Source: an uncultured virus (IMG/VR IMGVR_UViG_3300002835_000037)
Taxonomy: Duplodnaviria > Heunggongvirae > Uroviricota > Caudoviricetes
Reading direction: 5' to 3' (one strand)
Virus record (IMG/VR): IMGVR_UViG_3300002835_000037
Length of the DNA stretch: 64,000 bases
Shown: positions 12,201 to 23,700 of the stretch, piece after piece
Layout of the letters: every line of letters begins with the position of its first letter
Position numbering within the stretch: the first letter of the stretch is position 1
Notes under the pieces: generated by a model
Databases searched by the model: none
What the model was told of the DNA's origin: nothing
Seen by the model: the letters and a program-made list of their open reading frames with translations, nothing else
Made by a program: the position numbers and the translations under genes

Positions 12201-15200
12201 TTTACAATAGAATCTGTATCTTTTCTAATTACATCTCTGTTATAGGATGTAAATTTAGCAAAGTAATCTTTCATCTGGGGAGACTTAAATCTAAAGATTC
12301 TACCCCCTTCTGCAGCAATATACCCTAATAGTATATTAAACGCTTGAGATTCTCCTAAGTTATTATCAGCTGTTGTATTAGCAGGACTAAAAGCCATCAC
12401 ATCTACATAAAGATTATCAGCTTTTTTGCTAGAATATGTATTTACTTTCTTAGCTCTTAAGTTCATGGCTGTTTGCTTAGATGCATGTCTCATGAACTCT
12501 TGAACTCCAGATTGCAACATTGTATGTAATTCTTGTAAGAACTTACTAGTAACATCTGTATTAGCTGTTGAAGTTCCTATAGAATCATTTGTTTCTTTAT
12601 TGATGATCTGAGTGCCCCCAATGTTTTCAAGAACAATACTGGCACCCGGAAATTTTTCACCATATGTATTTGACATTGGATTTAGATCAAATACTGAATT
12701 TAAGATCACAGAGAAAGCAGAAGCCGGGTTATTATCTTCACCTAACCATCTCATATGTTGGAATCTACCATTTGGATCTGCTTCATCCATTGTTAACTGT
12801 TGCCAATTCTCAGCTCTATTAATAGAAGTAACAACCCTGGTTATAGTATTATCTAAGAACTGTTCCCAAACTTTATTTTTCTCAGGAGTTAATACACTGT
12901 AATTTGAATAACCATCAGAAAACCTATTCTGTAATTCTGCTAACACTCTTACTTTGCTTCTAACATCTCTTGATTTTCCACCAGCTGCTTTTGTTATTGC
13001 TTCTGGAAGACCATTCATCAAATAGTAAAGTGGTTGTTTCTTAACCAAATCTGCAGCTGCATTTAATGCTAGGTCATCAGCTTTACCAGCTAAATGGACC
13101 AATCTAATATTTTCATATATGAAATCAATATTATATCTACTAGCAAAAGGAAACTTCTTATTATTTACAACTCCCCTAATTTCAGCACTAGTCATATCCA
13201 TTTGAATACCTAAAGCCGCTAGAAAGTCTCCAGCTTTTGAAGGTATTAGCTGTTTGTTTTGACTAAAGTCTTTCATCAATAGTTCCGTGTTAAGATAGTT
13301 ATTTCCAAATTCATCTCTTAACAAATACTTATTTACTGTAGGATCTCCAACATTAAAGTTGGTAGTCCAGTCAGTGATGATTCTATAGATATCAAAATTA
13401 GCTGCTGCCAATCTAGATTCATATTTAGATTTTTCAGGTATCCACTTACCATCAATTTTTTTAGCTTTCTCTAAGACAGTTTTATTAATATTCAACTGAA
13501 CAAATGGAATAACCGGTTTCTTAAGATCTTGCCAGAAATTTGTTTCTGACTGAAACTCTGTTGTGTTATTGTAAGAACCAGGAGCCGCAAGATAAGGATT
13601 AGGCAGCATCTGCATTACTTGAATAAATTCAGGATAGTTTTCTATGTTCTCTCTAAGCCTATCATACATTTCTTCATAATCTAAAGAGCCCTGCATTGTT
13701 CTTGCAAGTCTGTTCCACATGATATCAACCGGTTCAAGAATAGGTAGACCGAAATCATCTTCCTCTATAGAGTAAGACTTCACTCCAGCCTCATCTTCTG
13801 TCTGGATATAGTTACCCTGATCATCTCTCTTTAATTTATAAATACCAGAAAGCATCATCATAGTGTCATCTGTTGCAAGTTGTTTTGCAGATATAGCATT
13901 TCCTTCTGTGCTTTTAAAAAGAGCTACAGAAGCATCTTCTGTATCATCAATATATGCATCCTTTAAGATATTAAATCTAGATCTTTGCATATGGAAAGCT
14001 ACAACACCGACATCTGTCTGCTTAGACAAAGAAGCATCAATGTCACCGAAATTTTCAAAAGCTTTTAATAGCAACTGGAGTTTAGCATTTTCCTTTTGCT
14101 CAGTAATGTAATCAGGATTTTCATTATCAATCTCAGCATTTTTTAGAGCAATATTTCTAGCAACCTCAATTTGGTTATCTAGCAAAACACTTAGCTGTTT
14201 TTTTAAGTTATTATAAAGCTTTTGTCTATTGTTAATGTCAGATAGTAATTTTACTGCTCCACTTGTAGTACTAAACTTGCTATTGTACAAATAAAAAGTT
14301 CGGGCCATTAATGAATCCATTAAATCAACAATCTTACTAGATTCAACATCAGTAATTTCAGAAAAAGCTTTTGCTGCTACTTCAACTGGCTGAATTGTTT
14401 TCTTTGCACTATTCAATCTTTGGAAACCAGCCATTAAATTATTCTCAGCATTTTGAGTACTAATTTCAAATTTACCTGTGTAAAGTTTATCAAAATATTC
14501 TTTTACTTTCGGAATGTCTTGAAGTCTTGTTACATCTCTCTTAGTAGTATTACCAAAGAAGAAATCAATTAGCTTTTTGATTTTATCAAAAATAGTCTGG
14601 ATAAATCCTTTTTGTCTTTTTCCATTAGCAACATAGTCAATAAATTCTTCAGCAAGCTCTTCTTCAATATCAATGTACTCCATGTTTTTCCACTTGTCAT
14701 AATTACGAGCAGTATCATAGAGATCTTTCTTTTCACTCTTGGTAAGTACTAACTGTGAAAAAGCATGCCATGCTTCATGATAAAGAGTAACAGGTAATGC
14801 ATCTCCATATAGTTCTACTCTTGCTGCATAGCCATTCTTTCTTAACTTAACTGCAGCATCAGCAAGCATAGAACCAGCTGACATAAAAGTACCATAAGCA
14901 TCAGAATTGAATACTGTAGCCAGTCTTTCTAATTCCACAATTCCTTTTAAAGGAGATGAATCCCACCATTTCTGAACTTCGGTCCAACCTTGTTTACCAT
15001 AAAGTTGATTCATTACTCCAGCCTTTCTCTTATCTCTATTAAGAGGAACATCTGGTATAATATCAGATCCATCAAGAAGATCATCAATAGCTAATCTATT
15101 AATTTTTGCATCTTCTACTTTCTGTTCTTCAACAGACTTATTCTTTATTTCTACAGTTCTTCCTTTTACTTCAGCTGTTTTTGGAACAGTAGTAGTTTTA

Positions 15201-17788
15201 TCTTCTCTAGTTTCTACAACCTTAGCAGCTGCTTTCTTATAGGTTTTGGATGACTTACTAAAAAACCTTGATAGAAAATCAGCTCTTAAGTTTTTATTGG
15301 TCTTGTAACCAGAAGCTAAATATGGGGCTGCCGTTCTTAACTGATATCCTGAAAAAGCTCTAATCTTAACTGGTATACCAAGTCTCTTAGCAGCTTTGAT
15401 TGATGCTTCTGCAACACCTGTTTGACCATTACTAATAATTTTACTAATTGGAAATTGTTTAACTATTTCACTTAAGATGTTATAAATATATTTATCTATA
15501 TCAGCTTGAGAATATCCTTGTTTTGATAGTTCTGCAATATCATTACCTACTATATTTATTACATTACCTTTCATCTGAGAAAGGTTTTTTACCATTTGAT
15601 TAATAGAATCTGCAGAAGGTTTGAAATCTTTAGGAGCGTTTTTCTTAGTCCCTAATGTTACTCCATACCATTTATCTTCTCTACCTGCTCTTTCTTCAAC
15701 AACTTTTTCATCTTTTGTCTTAAAGTTGGTACCTAATCCAAATACACCATCTGCCTCATTTATATTTGCTACTAAAGTTTTATCATTAGTTATAGAACTT
15801 TGTGTAGTTTCAATACTAAATTTAGTACCTGTTTCTTCATCAACTTCTTCATCTACTGGGGCCGGCTTTTTAGTTTTTAAACCATTGTCAATATTTTTAG
15901 ATTTAATATCATTTTTTATTGGCATTCCCAAATCTATAAGCTGATCTGCAGGAGTTTCTAAATCAAAAGGTGTTGCAAAAGATAAATATGCATTGATTCC
16001 TACAAAGTAATCAGCTTCTCCAGATGTATAATCTACTTTAGCAAGTGGTTTTATAAAATCAAAGTAGTCTTTTTTAACTTCTTTAACTATGATATTACCT
16101 TTCGTATTTGTAGTAAACTCATAGTCTGTAAACTGAATACCTTTTTGAATAGCTCCGTCAACTGAAAAACCTTTCATGTAGCTCATACTTGCAGGATAGC
16201 TTTGTATACTACCGTCTCGTTTAGTATATTTATTAGCACTCATTAAATGATCGGTAATCATTTTTTCAGCATCTTTTGAGTTTAAATCCAAATTTATCTG
16301 TTCTTTAGATATAGGGTCTATTAAAGTTACTACTAATACATTTTGACCAAGTTGTGAAACTACATTAACTTTCATATGGTTTCTTTCTGTTTTATTAGAA
16401 AGAAAGGTTTCATAATAAGCAAGTTTAGCATCCGTACTCATAGGCTCACCATCAAGTAACCCGTTTGTAGTTAAAACTTTAGCAATATTTTTTGCAATAC
16501 TTTCATTAACATCCATGTATTGAAGATAAATTCTATTATCTATAGCAACTCCTTGGCTTAATCTGCTAGCAATAAAATAACTCATTCCCTTTAATTGACC
16601 AGAGTCATGAGTGTAAATCATTTCTAAGTCATTTGCAAAATCTGTTTTAGATAGTAATTCTGATTTGCTTTCTACAATACCATAACTACCACCAGTAACT
16701 GGCATCATTACAGGTTCACCAGTTGAAAGTTTTTCATTTAAAGCAAGCAAGTCATTCATTTTTTGAGTTTGCTCTTGCTTTATTCTAGCTAAAACTGCTT
16801 CTCTTTCTTTTTCATTATATAATTTACCTTCTGCTACACCTGCATCTATTTCTCTTTGAGCAAGTTTTTGAGCTTCAACAAGTGTATATAAAAACCCGGA
16901 TCTATTACCTAAATATAATCTACCATTTCTTTTTACTACAGGTCTTATATACTGATATACAATTCTACCTCCTGTTTCTACAATATTACCGTCTTCATCA
17001 AATCTAATAATGTTACCTTGCTCATCAGAAATTATAGCAACATTTATATCATAGTTTTTATTTTTACTTAGGAAACTAATATCATAATCTGTAAGATCTG
17101 CCGGATCAAGACTTCTAATAGATTGTGCTTTAAGCATTATGGGAGTATCTCCCAGCATTACTTTATCATCCTCCGTTCTATTTCTTGATGCCCATATTGT
17201 TGTTTTAACAACTTTATCAAATAGTTTTTTCTGAGAATCAACAGCATTCCTTTCTTCTTCAGTCATGGTCTCAGGATTTTTTGCTACTGCAATCTGTCCA
17301 GAAGTTTTATCTGGATAATCTACTTTAGCTTTTTCTTGAACTGCAGACCAAGGACCTTTTTGATTATTGTTATTATTCTGAACTACATTTTTAGAGTTTT
17401 TGTTACTTTTTTTAATAGTATTAGTTACTTGTTTTTTAGTAGGTTTGGTAACTTTTGGAGTTACAAACTTTAATACATTGTTTTCATCTTCAAAGTCTAA
17501 GGATAACTCTTGAATGTAATTAAAGAAAGTAGGTCCGGATTCTTTAACCAGATACTTTTTAACTTCAAGATCATTCTTAACTAAATCTAATACATCAGGA
17601 ATAGCTTGTACATAAAGCAGACCATTAGGCTCATCTTTGAACTCTTCATAAACTTCATTGATGAATTTATCTAATGCCTTATTATCAAATTTACCAAGCT
17701 TTGGATCTTGAATCCTATCCATAATTTCACCATAGATAAGTGAGTATAAAGCACTTAAATCATTTTCTGTATAGAGTTGACAAGCCAT
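6266..17788 (-). CDS. Virion-packaged single-chain two-barrel RNA polymerase (crAss-like, 3840 aa) with accessory zincin, SLOG-like and ART-like domains
   Basis: Catalytic GADFDIDK (DFDID at 9941-9955) preceded by RIPVQGLNSM; DGQGW motif; HEAWH at 14765-14779; size and position match crAss-like virion RNAPs. Confidence 0.9.
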   Translation of the reverse strand: MACQLYTENDLSALYSLIYGEIMDRIQDPKLGKFDNKALDKFINEVYEEFKDEPNGLLYVQAIPDVLDLVKNDLEVKKYLVKESGPTFFNYIQELSLDFEDENNVLKFVTPKVTKPTKKQVTNTIKKSNKNSKNVVQNNNNNQKGPWSAVQEKAKVDYPDKTSGQIAVAKNPETMTEEERNAVDSQKKLFDKVVKTTIWASRNRTEDDKVMLGDTPIMLKAQSIRSLDPADLTDYDISFLSKNKNYDINVAIISDEQGNIIRFDEDGNIVETGGRIVYQYIRPVVKRNGRLYLGNRSGFLYTLVEAQKLAQREIDAGVAEGKLYNEKEREAVLARIKQEQTQKMNDLLALNEKLSTGEPVMMPVTGGSYGIVESKSELLSKTDFANDLEMIYTHDSGQLKGMSYFIASRLSQGVAIDNRIYLQYMDVNESIAKNIAKVLTTNGLLDGEPMSTDAKLAYYETFLSNKTERNHMKVNVVSQLGQNVLVVTLIDPISKEQINLDLNSKDAEKMITDHLMSANKYTKRDGSIQSYPASMSYMKGFSVDGAIQKGIQFTDYEFTTNTKGNIIVKEVKKDYFDFIKPLAKVDYTSGEADYFVGINAYLSFATPFDLETPADQLIDLGMPIKNDIKSKNIDNGLKTKKPAPVDEEVDEETGTKFSIETTQSSITNDKTLVANINEADGVFGLGTNFKTKDEKVVEERAGREDKWYGVTLGTKKNAPKDFKPSADSINQMVKNLSQMKGNVINIVGNDIAELSKQGYSQADIDKYIYNILSEIVKQFPISKIISNGQTGVAEASIKAAKRLGIPVKIRAFSGYQLRTAAPYLASGYKTNKNLRADFLSRFFSKSSKTYKKAAAKVVETREDKTTTVPKTAEVKGRTVEIKNKSVEEQKVEDAKINRLAIDDLLDGSDIIPDVPLNRDKRKAGVMNQLYGKQGWTEVQKWWDSSPLKGIVELERLATVFNSDAYGTFMSAGSMLADAAVKLRKNGYAARVELYGDALPVTLYHEAWHAFSQLVLTKSEKKDLYDTARNYDKWKNMEYIDIEEELAEEFIDYVANGKRQKGFIQTIFDKIKKLIDFFFGNTTKRDVTRLQDIPKVKEYFDKLYTGKFEISTQNAENNLMAGFQRLNSAKKTIQPVEVAAKAFSEITDVESSKIVDLMDSLMARTFYLYNSKFSTTSGAVKLLSDINNRQKLYNNLKKQLSVLLDNQIEVARNIALKNAEIDNENPDYITEQKENAKLQLLLKAFENFGDIDASLSKQTDVGVVAFHMQRSRFNILKDAYIDDTEDASVALFKSTEGNAISAKQLATDDTMMMLSGIYKLKRDDQGNYIQTEDEAGVKSYSIEEDDFGLPILEPVDIMWNRLARTMQGSLDYEEMYDRLRENIENYPEFIQVMQMLPNPYLAAPGSYNNTTEFQSETNFWQDLKKPVIPFVQLNINKTVLEKAKKIDGKWIPEKSKYESRLAAANFDIYRIITDWTTNFNVGDPTVNKYLLRDEFGNNYLNTELLMKDFSQNKQLIPSKAGDFLAALGIQMDMTSAEIRGVVNNKKFPFASRYNIDFIYENIRLVHLAGKADDLALNAAADLVKKQPLYYLMNGLPEAITKAAGGKSRDVRSKVRVLAELQNRFSDGYSNYSVLTPEKNKVWEQFLDNTITRVVTSINRAENWQQLTMDEADPNGRFQHMRWLGEDNNPASAFSVILNSVFDLNPMSNTYGEKFPGASIVLENIGGTQIINKETNDSIGTSTANTDVTSKFLQELHTMLQSGVQEFMRHASKQTAMNLRAKKVNTYSSKKADNLYVDVMAFSPANTTADNNLGESQAFNILLGYIAAEGGRIFRFKSPQMKDYFAKFTSYNRDVIRKDTDSIVKAGEAFTAFDDVLSSETQAELYAIIDRAIEEGLSFEEFNLKDIVNEDPDLRKLIKNDVIDYFNKQSQLNYSRLEDANYVDQSLYEMVPADALSRQQIDRMLVKAYTYNSWIHNFETTILAYGDAAQYNHDKEEFHKRNAGLGSGGRGFRADFRARAYINSPMFQRLYAEKQGYQLKAYDGTLTSAIIKEEQIKESVYKPEYYDAHVEEYTERFTKAGKSKAEAKRMAEELAEIVLGEYDNMKVADGQGWLNFEAYRMLKKLEGSWKTPQDNLYKRVVAGEQITASEIEEFFPPYKLQYYGNIKTEGLPLTSFHKFSLAPLIPSVHTANTRLGQIHDMMLKQNVDYVLMETGEKVGHIGSGDVITDANGNIDSSVQFTKNVIFAEYLKNQTEVNSKYKAKSIFSTQLRKLILEGLYEQGEITSKDPKVRQLVTNYINRVSEYTELLKNELIDELGFEETESGEFVPKDKDAVAKLAKMIRENLTRDDVLSDNLIDIIDVTEEGEMRFDLSLHPEAVKIEKLLLSLINKRIIKQKVKGEPLVQKSSAFYEGLFDSPVDFEKMDKKTRAAAVKKYMGSNFLPTYHKKTIDLEARYKNADKEKLNEALKTKERVLEEQAAYWTDRNKQALRDEIQYLKDKIAGRKPKVTTTTDGYTTAMKVAISLQGDYENLLNLDYQGEPISTIDRLNQAIKDDEWLDENNGANRKAITMVGVRIPVQGLNSMEFMEVYHFLPAEAGNIIIPPAEIVAKSGADFDIDKLSIFMNNIDSDGNILQAMFENSSDFYEALKDPSKYEMTKAQMYAMQKAGLENNLINDIRSILELPQNFVSLTTPNGTYLVKPTADRLAQYVMDYSPLQNMMSDTVKKSAPDKKGKQKDVISPTRIFEVGYNLYKHESNVVGKKTLGLGAIENTFNVVFNSLGATMPAVYKHSKEEQDRVSFLGLRHNTVKKNGQDVISLSNQYDVDGINKIADIINQLINGWVDVEKDAWVFFVQGNYEVAPVLLYLLKTGVPFKEAVYFVSQPLVRQYVKEKRLGQSTFAEPLRKEPGFQGASFKAASDVIAKNFEKFIPDNQTRYEEGMKVMENYFDTKKRKNNERHFTEEEMLKLIEDSKTNPELGASELSRAMFLHYLTIEQQIQGLTALKMASNPDTSTMTDVGQAIQAEANMDALAEESKIDQDLRLGLLNDSVISSFFNTKLIRGLSKPLFKFRYDEDIQDYIQSYMGDIKNSAILKAAFGRNYRDKFPVTFRNDILSYIFQNALRKYNLGNEYSSFALTDSMSLTLAAGLKFGAQVVETSKGPTMVIDRVQLEKEFFDKAYLKGSEARNSYEQRGLYALEPGHFGSNTSSNKAEYIRFVIEREYLRHLMPYGEVSKTKEYEKELELANKTSISDKEAVNRRYAYEKILAMRALDNTLNPYHLFNDRDNAYAIRFDRLRSEYRNDFVKDYPVLARIVPDSTTDKTMFNLYVDDKDMSTFKSNLYSRNLQDLADRTVQKVQDKAENDRISDFFAKMTYVAMMQAGTNKSKYNFLNLTDFDKFIDIMNDETAKFLTSPAKLKMLIDFKNKFEQVNSQTNRTRSRFKNYLTGLDVEKIEAKLEVKAIKPKEGVEELFKSTPELATTGTPEQYSQYLDTIFPDRLVREIVYHGTGEGTKIEKLRDRSYFSDLLAASRYAAWDVKNRQAYAFEQGTLENLNVGEQVIPAIINLKNPKYLDNRPYSETEKSYKGHDGIYSTNTLDPLGGKELQIVVNSSKQIHELGTKKDIAMFKQFVKEQASQIDTQTEDVSDSDNLLERKNVIPTINPNVFVYNDLSGTEKAYQYIVGNNQDLTFVYQFSLGQKQALDKMTDAEFQKKKVKGNLQIRKIANSSSIGIITGQDSIADAFSTLDSKLYPKRKAEIEQAINEIRQVVDNGGKVAFSINGYGDPALMPQELFVYLSKRLFEEFQYLNPGSEFAQEISKEVAKYQPVTDAEILANFEGENNPLKC

Positions 17789-17790
17789 TT

Positions 17791-20700
17791 CTATTTAGGT
17801 TTACAGTTATTAATATTATCTTCTTTGCTTTTGTTTTTCAAAGCTGCCATTCTATCTTTTTTAGACATTCCCGCATTTTCTTTTGCTTTATTAATTAGCT
17901 CAGGATTTTCAGAAAATTCTTTAATGCTGCTTTTTGAAATATTAGAGTTTTCTTTTTCTTCAGGAGTTGGTTCCATAATTTCTATTTCTTCTTGGTTTAA
18001 AGCTTCTTCAGTAGTCTTAATAAAGTCATTTTCAACTTGTTTTTGAGTAAGTGTTTTTCTTCTAGGTTTACCGTTAATAATGTCTTCAACTTGATTAACA
18101 ATTACTTTACCATCTTTGATTTCTTTTACTACAACTACTTGATTAGCTGGACCATCAAAGATAGGTTTTTTACTAATAAGATATTCTCCTTCAGATATAT
18201 TTTCTTCAGAGGTATTAGTATTCAAAGCCATCTTTCTAATGTTGTATACATTTTCAACTAGATCTGAAAAAACTACATCAGATTCTGCCATTATCATAAG
18301 AATAGCATCTGTATATGCTTTCTCAAGTTCATCAAGAGTTTTAGAATTTCGTATATCTGCTAAGATCTTTTTAAACTCTTTAGAGGTAATACTTTCCGGT
18401 TCAGGAAATACATCTTTAACTCCTTTTTTAAGGGCATTGATTTCACTTTCTATTTCTTCATCTACTGTAGGTTCCTTAGCAACCTGTTCTAACTTAGCTA
18501 ATTCTTTTTCAACTTGTTCTAACTTGTTTTTTAAGCTAGTATACTCCGGAGAAAAGGTAACCATGTCTCCCATAGCAATAATACCACCGTCAGGTAAAGC
18601 AGCAAGTTTTTTATTTAAATCAGTTCTTCTTCTTTTTAGTTTTGTAATCTCAGCTTTTTTCTGATCTTCAGTGAGCTCTGGGGTAACCGATTTTTTACCA
18701 ACACTTTCTGATTTTAAATTATCCGGAAGCACTGGAGCTTTCATTACTACACCGTATTCGGCAAGAGTAGCATCTGGAATTGGTTCTAAAGGCACCGTAG
18801 TAGCTTTTTCTAACTCTTTGATTTTAGATTCCAATTCTTTTATTTTAGCTTCATCTGGCTTACTTGCTTTTTTCAAAGACAAAATTTTATTTCTAAGTTC
18901 ACGAATAGCCTCATTGTTTACATTTTTAGCTGCTGATTCAGCAGATAAAATATTCCCATCCATGTCTGTAGTAATAGCTATAGGAAGTATTGAAATACTT
19001 TTTGCTAATTCTCCAGTCATGTTAAACAACAAAGCTCTATAAATTGACTGTTGTAATCTATAAGTAAGCTTTTTATTAAATGAACCTTCCTTATTAAAAT
19101 TATTCCAGTTTCCTTGTTTACCGGTTTTTATATCTATAATTTTTAAATTACCAGTTTCTGTGTCAAAAGCAACTAAGTCCATGGCACCAACTATACCTGA
19201 CTCTAATAGAGATTGATCATAAATAATAACATCTTCTGAAAGAATAATATATTTACCATCAATTACAGCATCTTGAAGTTCTGTTATCATACCAAACTCA
19301 CCAAATAAATTATCATAAGCTTGTTGAGACATTCCTGCAGGTTTTTCAGGTCTAACAAAACCTCCTTCCTGACTTATTCTAAAAGAAGCTCTAACCATAG
19401 TATCAATAGTGTTACCTGCAATAGTTGATTCATCATAAGCAACATCTTTTACAACAGCAATTAATACTTCTTCAGTAAAGTTATTAGTAAGAGCATTTTT
19501 AATCTTATCTAGTTTTCTTTGACTTTTTAATTGGGCAAGCTTCCCACCTTTTACCGTAGTTTCTAAACCGGCCATAAATAAATTAAGTCTTTCTGTATCA
19601 GACTTAATTGCAGTATCTGTCTTAAGTTCTCTAAAGAGATTTAATAACTGACCACCTCTTTGTTTACCATCTTTATCAGTGTAAGGTTCCTGAACAGCCT
19701 CATATAAGAAAGGTGGTTTGTTAGTCATTTTGTTTTCTATCTCTTCAGTAAGTTTAGTAACCCTCATAGGTTTACCATCTACTCCAGGGAACTCGTAACC
19801 AATAGTATTACCTTCAGCATCAAGTATTCTAGATATATTATCTTGTTTATTAATGACCATCTCTTCAAAAATTCTAAACACTCTTTCAGTGTTTGTTTTT
19901 GGAGTATAGTTTGCTCTTAAGTAATTTAAATATTTTTGTAACTCATTGATATCATTTTTTATAGCAGCTTTTTCTGTATTGTTTAAAGGTCTACCATTAA
20001 TGTTATTTCTATCTAGAATAGCTTCAAGTTCTTTTCTCATAGTCCGAAGCTGCGTAAGACCGTATTCTGTAATAGGTTTTTTAAAAGTTAAGTACTTAAT
20101 GGTGGGCATAGCAGACTCTTCATCAAATGCTCTTTCATTATAAGTTCTGATTACATCTTTCTGAGTTTCTAACCAGTTGCCTCTTATTATCTCATACTGG
20201 TTTGGATTTATTCTTTGAAAATCTTTAGGCTTTTTCAAAGTCTCAACTAAATAAATATCAAATGCAGCCTGAAGCTCAGCTTGCAAATCTTCAGGTAATT
20301 CATTCCATGTTGAACTAGTACTTACATCTTTCTTAGCTTCTTTTTTAGCAGGCGCTGCTGCAGGTTTCCCAGAATCTTCTTCATCAAAAGTTCTTTGAGC
20401 TTTTAATTTATCAATTAAAGTTTCATATCTTTTTATAGTTATATCTACTTGTTTTTGATAACTTTTCCAAGCATCTGTGGTTTCAATAGGTGGTGTTGTA
20501 TCAGCTTCAGCAACAGGTTCTTCTGCAGTAAGCTCTGCAATTTTATCTTCTAGTACCTGCAATAAACCAAACTTCATTTCTGTAGCTCGTAGTCTCTCCT
20601 CCTGCTCTATTGAGGGGTCTAAAGATTTAAGAAACTTTTTAGCTTCTTTTTTATTATTATTTATTGCGGCATTTTTAATCTCTTCCCAATTCTCTGGTAT

Positions 20701-23700
20701 TAAACCTTGTTCAGAAAAAGCATTATAAAGTTCAAAAACTTCATCTGCATTTTTAGCATCATCTATTAATGTAAGATTAGCTTTAAAGTCTTTTATTTCT
20801 GCATCTATTTCTTCTTGAGTTCTTCCTTCAGCGGCAGCAGGTTGCATTTTTTCCCACTCTTCTCTAGTTCTTCCTGTTGTAGCTACTAGATCTTCTTCTA
20901 ACTGTTGTCTAAGTTTTTCTAATTGAGTATCTCTTCTCTCAACAAGTTGAGCAATTCTTAATTCTAGTTCAGCTTTTTTAGATTCATCTTTAGCCATATC
21001 TCCAAGCTCTTTTAAAGCTTTGTAGTCTGTTAATACTTGAAAATATCTGTCATAAGCAATACTTCCTTCAGGAATTACTAAACCTTTTCTTTCATCATAG
21101 AATTCTTTAGGTGGCTTGTTTTCATCTCTGTAGAGAATGAAATCATTAGCCTCCATAAAGATTCCTTGTTGCGCAAGAAAATTTAGCAATCCGTTATCTT
21201 CAATATTAGATAGTTCTTGTGTAACAATGTCTCTATAATAGTCTCCTCTCTTTAACCAAAGATTAGTCATCCATTTATAGTTTCTTTCAAACACATCAAT
21301 AAATCCTTTTGGATCATTCATGACATTTATTAAATCAACCATTTGACGGGACTCATCATTGAGTTTATAAAAGTCCATTACTAATTCAAAAGCATCATCT
21401 ACAGTATTAGTAAATAAGTAATCATCTGGTTTTCCCGATATAGATCTAAGAAGGTTATTATACTCTTTTTCAAGATTTAACAGTACTTCACTTTCTATAT
21501 CTGCATTTTTAGGTCCAAACTTATCATCAAGAAATTCTTCAATTTCTGTATCTGTTACAGTTTCACCTTCAGCTTTTTGAGATTGTAAAATTGACTTAGC
21601 TCTATTATAGTATCTATCTCTATGATAATAATCTGTAAATTCATCATAAGCATTTAGATATTTTTGAAGAGCTTCTGCTTCTTTTAATTTTTCCTTAGCC
21701 ATTTTTTTAGACTCAGGATCTCCAACTGCAATTAAATTATTAGCTTCATTTTTCAACAAGCCAATTTCATTTTTCATTTCTTCAGGTCGAAGAATAATGT
21801 CAGATTGTCTTTTAGACATTCCTTGTAAAGCTCTTTCATCATAATGTTTATTCATTATGCCTGTCATTCTTTCTCTAACATCATCAAAAACTTCCCCATA
21901 AAAAACTGCTGATTTCTTACCAAGTTCCCACATTTCATGCATCATATAAGCATCTTCATAATCTTCTTCTTCTTTTGTATATCTAGAAAGATTAATAGGG
22001 TTAGGGTAAAGCTTATCATAGAAATCTAATTTCTGTTTTATAGTTTTAGCTTTATTAACTACTTCACCAATTCTTGCTTTATATTTAGAAATTTCATTTT
22101 CTGGAATTTTAGGAAAAGCTTCTTTAAATTCAGGATTGGTCATATCTACATAGCTACCAATGGCATCTAAATAAAGATCTAAAACACCATATTCATTAAG
22201 CATAGTAATATGATTAACAAGAGATTCTGTTTCAGCATCCATTACTTTTTTCTTGTTACCACCCTCTTGAACTTTTGCTAATATTTCTTGAGCTCCTCCG
22301 TTAAACAATCGGCTATTAACAAACTCTTCAACCCCAAAAGCATTCATTTTCTCTACTAAATCTGTAGCAATTTTACTTTTTTCTTGAACATATTCTTGAT
22401 AGGTCCCTTTGTCAAAAATTTTATTAGCATTTTCATACAAGAAAGTCATTGATTTGTTAAGACCTCCAGTAAGAGAACCCATGGCAAAACCTGAAGCAAA
22501 AGTTGCAAACCCTTCTTTAGTAGTTGTCATTTCTTTCAACTTTCTACCATAATAACTTAAAGGAGTACTATCTTTTCCAAATGCCGCTTTAGTAACTAAA
22601 TTCTTTCTTACTGTTGCACTATGAAAAGTATCTTTATAATATTTTTCATTAGCTCCAGAAATTGTTTCTTGTAAAGTTTCTTGAATACCTTCTGAAATAT
22701 TTGCTTTTAAATAACCAACAGTACCCCAAACAGATTTATAAAAAGGATCTGTTTTCCAACCATTCCACCAAGTTGCAAAACCTCTTTCAGCAAATTTCCA
22801 TTCATTCTTAGCAACATCAAACACAACATTACCAAGTTCACCAAATCTACCTCCCCCTACAGTTTTCCAGTCTATTATTCTCTGACGTAAAAAACCCTGC
22901 GTACCAATTCTAGGATTAAGAATATTATCAAAACTAATTTTGTTAGTAGCATATATTAAACCAACATTCCAAAAAGATGTTTCATAAGAACCTCTTTTTG
23001 CTTGATTTATAATACCCTGCATTTCATCATCGGAAGGAGCTCTCCCTGTTTCATTATAGAATTTATTATACAAGTCCTCTATTAAGGTATTATAAACCAT
23101 TCCTGACTCAAGCCGAGCTTCTGCTATAGCCATGTTTATATTTCTAAAGTCTCTGTATGCAGCACCTGCTGTATTCATAAATGTTCTTCCTGATTGCAGG
23201 TACCCATTAAAATCATCTGTAGAATTTAAAATAGCATATGCATTATCAGTTAAATTACTAAGAGGGTTTAATACTCTACCAACAGGTGATGTTACAGCTT
23301 TTTGAAATCTACCTATACGATTAGATTTATCCCAAGCTTCTCTTACTTTATTAATATCTTTAAATTCTTCAAGAGCTTGACTATAAGCTTTAATACCATC
23401 AATTCCTTTTCCAGCTTGATATTCTTTCCATAGTAAATTTGCTGATTTTTGAGTAATAGTTTTAGCACCGGTAAAAGCACTTATCCCAGCACCAATCCAG
23501 TTTTCAGCTAAAGCTGTAGCCATTATACCAAATGTATAACCAGCATTTATAATTAGATTATTAGCAAACGAACCTAAGTTATCTTTACTTGAATAATTTT
23601 TTGCATTTATAGTTGCGTACTCTCTGGCCAATTGACCATCTTCTCCTAAAAAATCTCCCTGATTAAAAATTCTAGCTGTACTAGACCAAGTACTTTTAAA

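Noticed and set aside
6266..17788. Intein or intron in the RNAP or other giant genes
   Set aside because: No internal Cys, no recognisable His-Asn splice junction or LAGLIDADG motif, and no frame interruption
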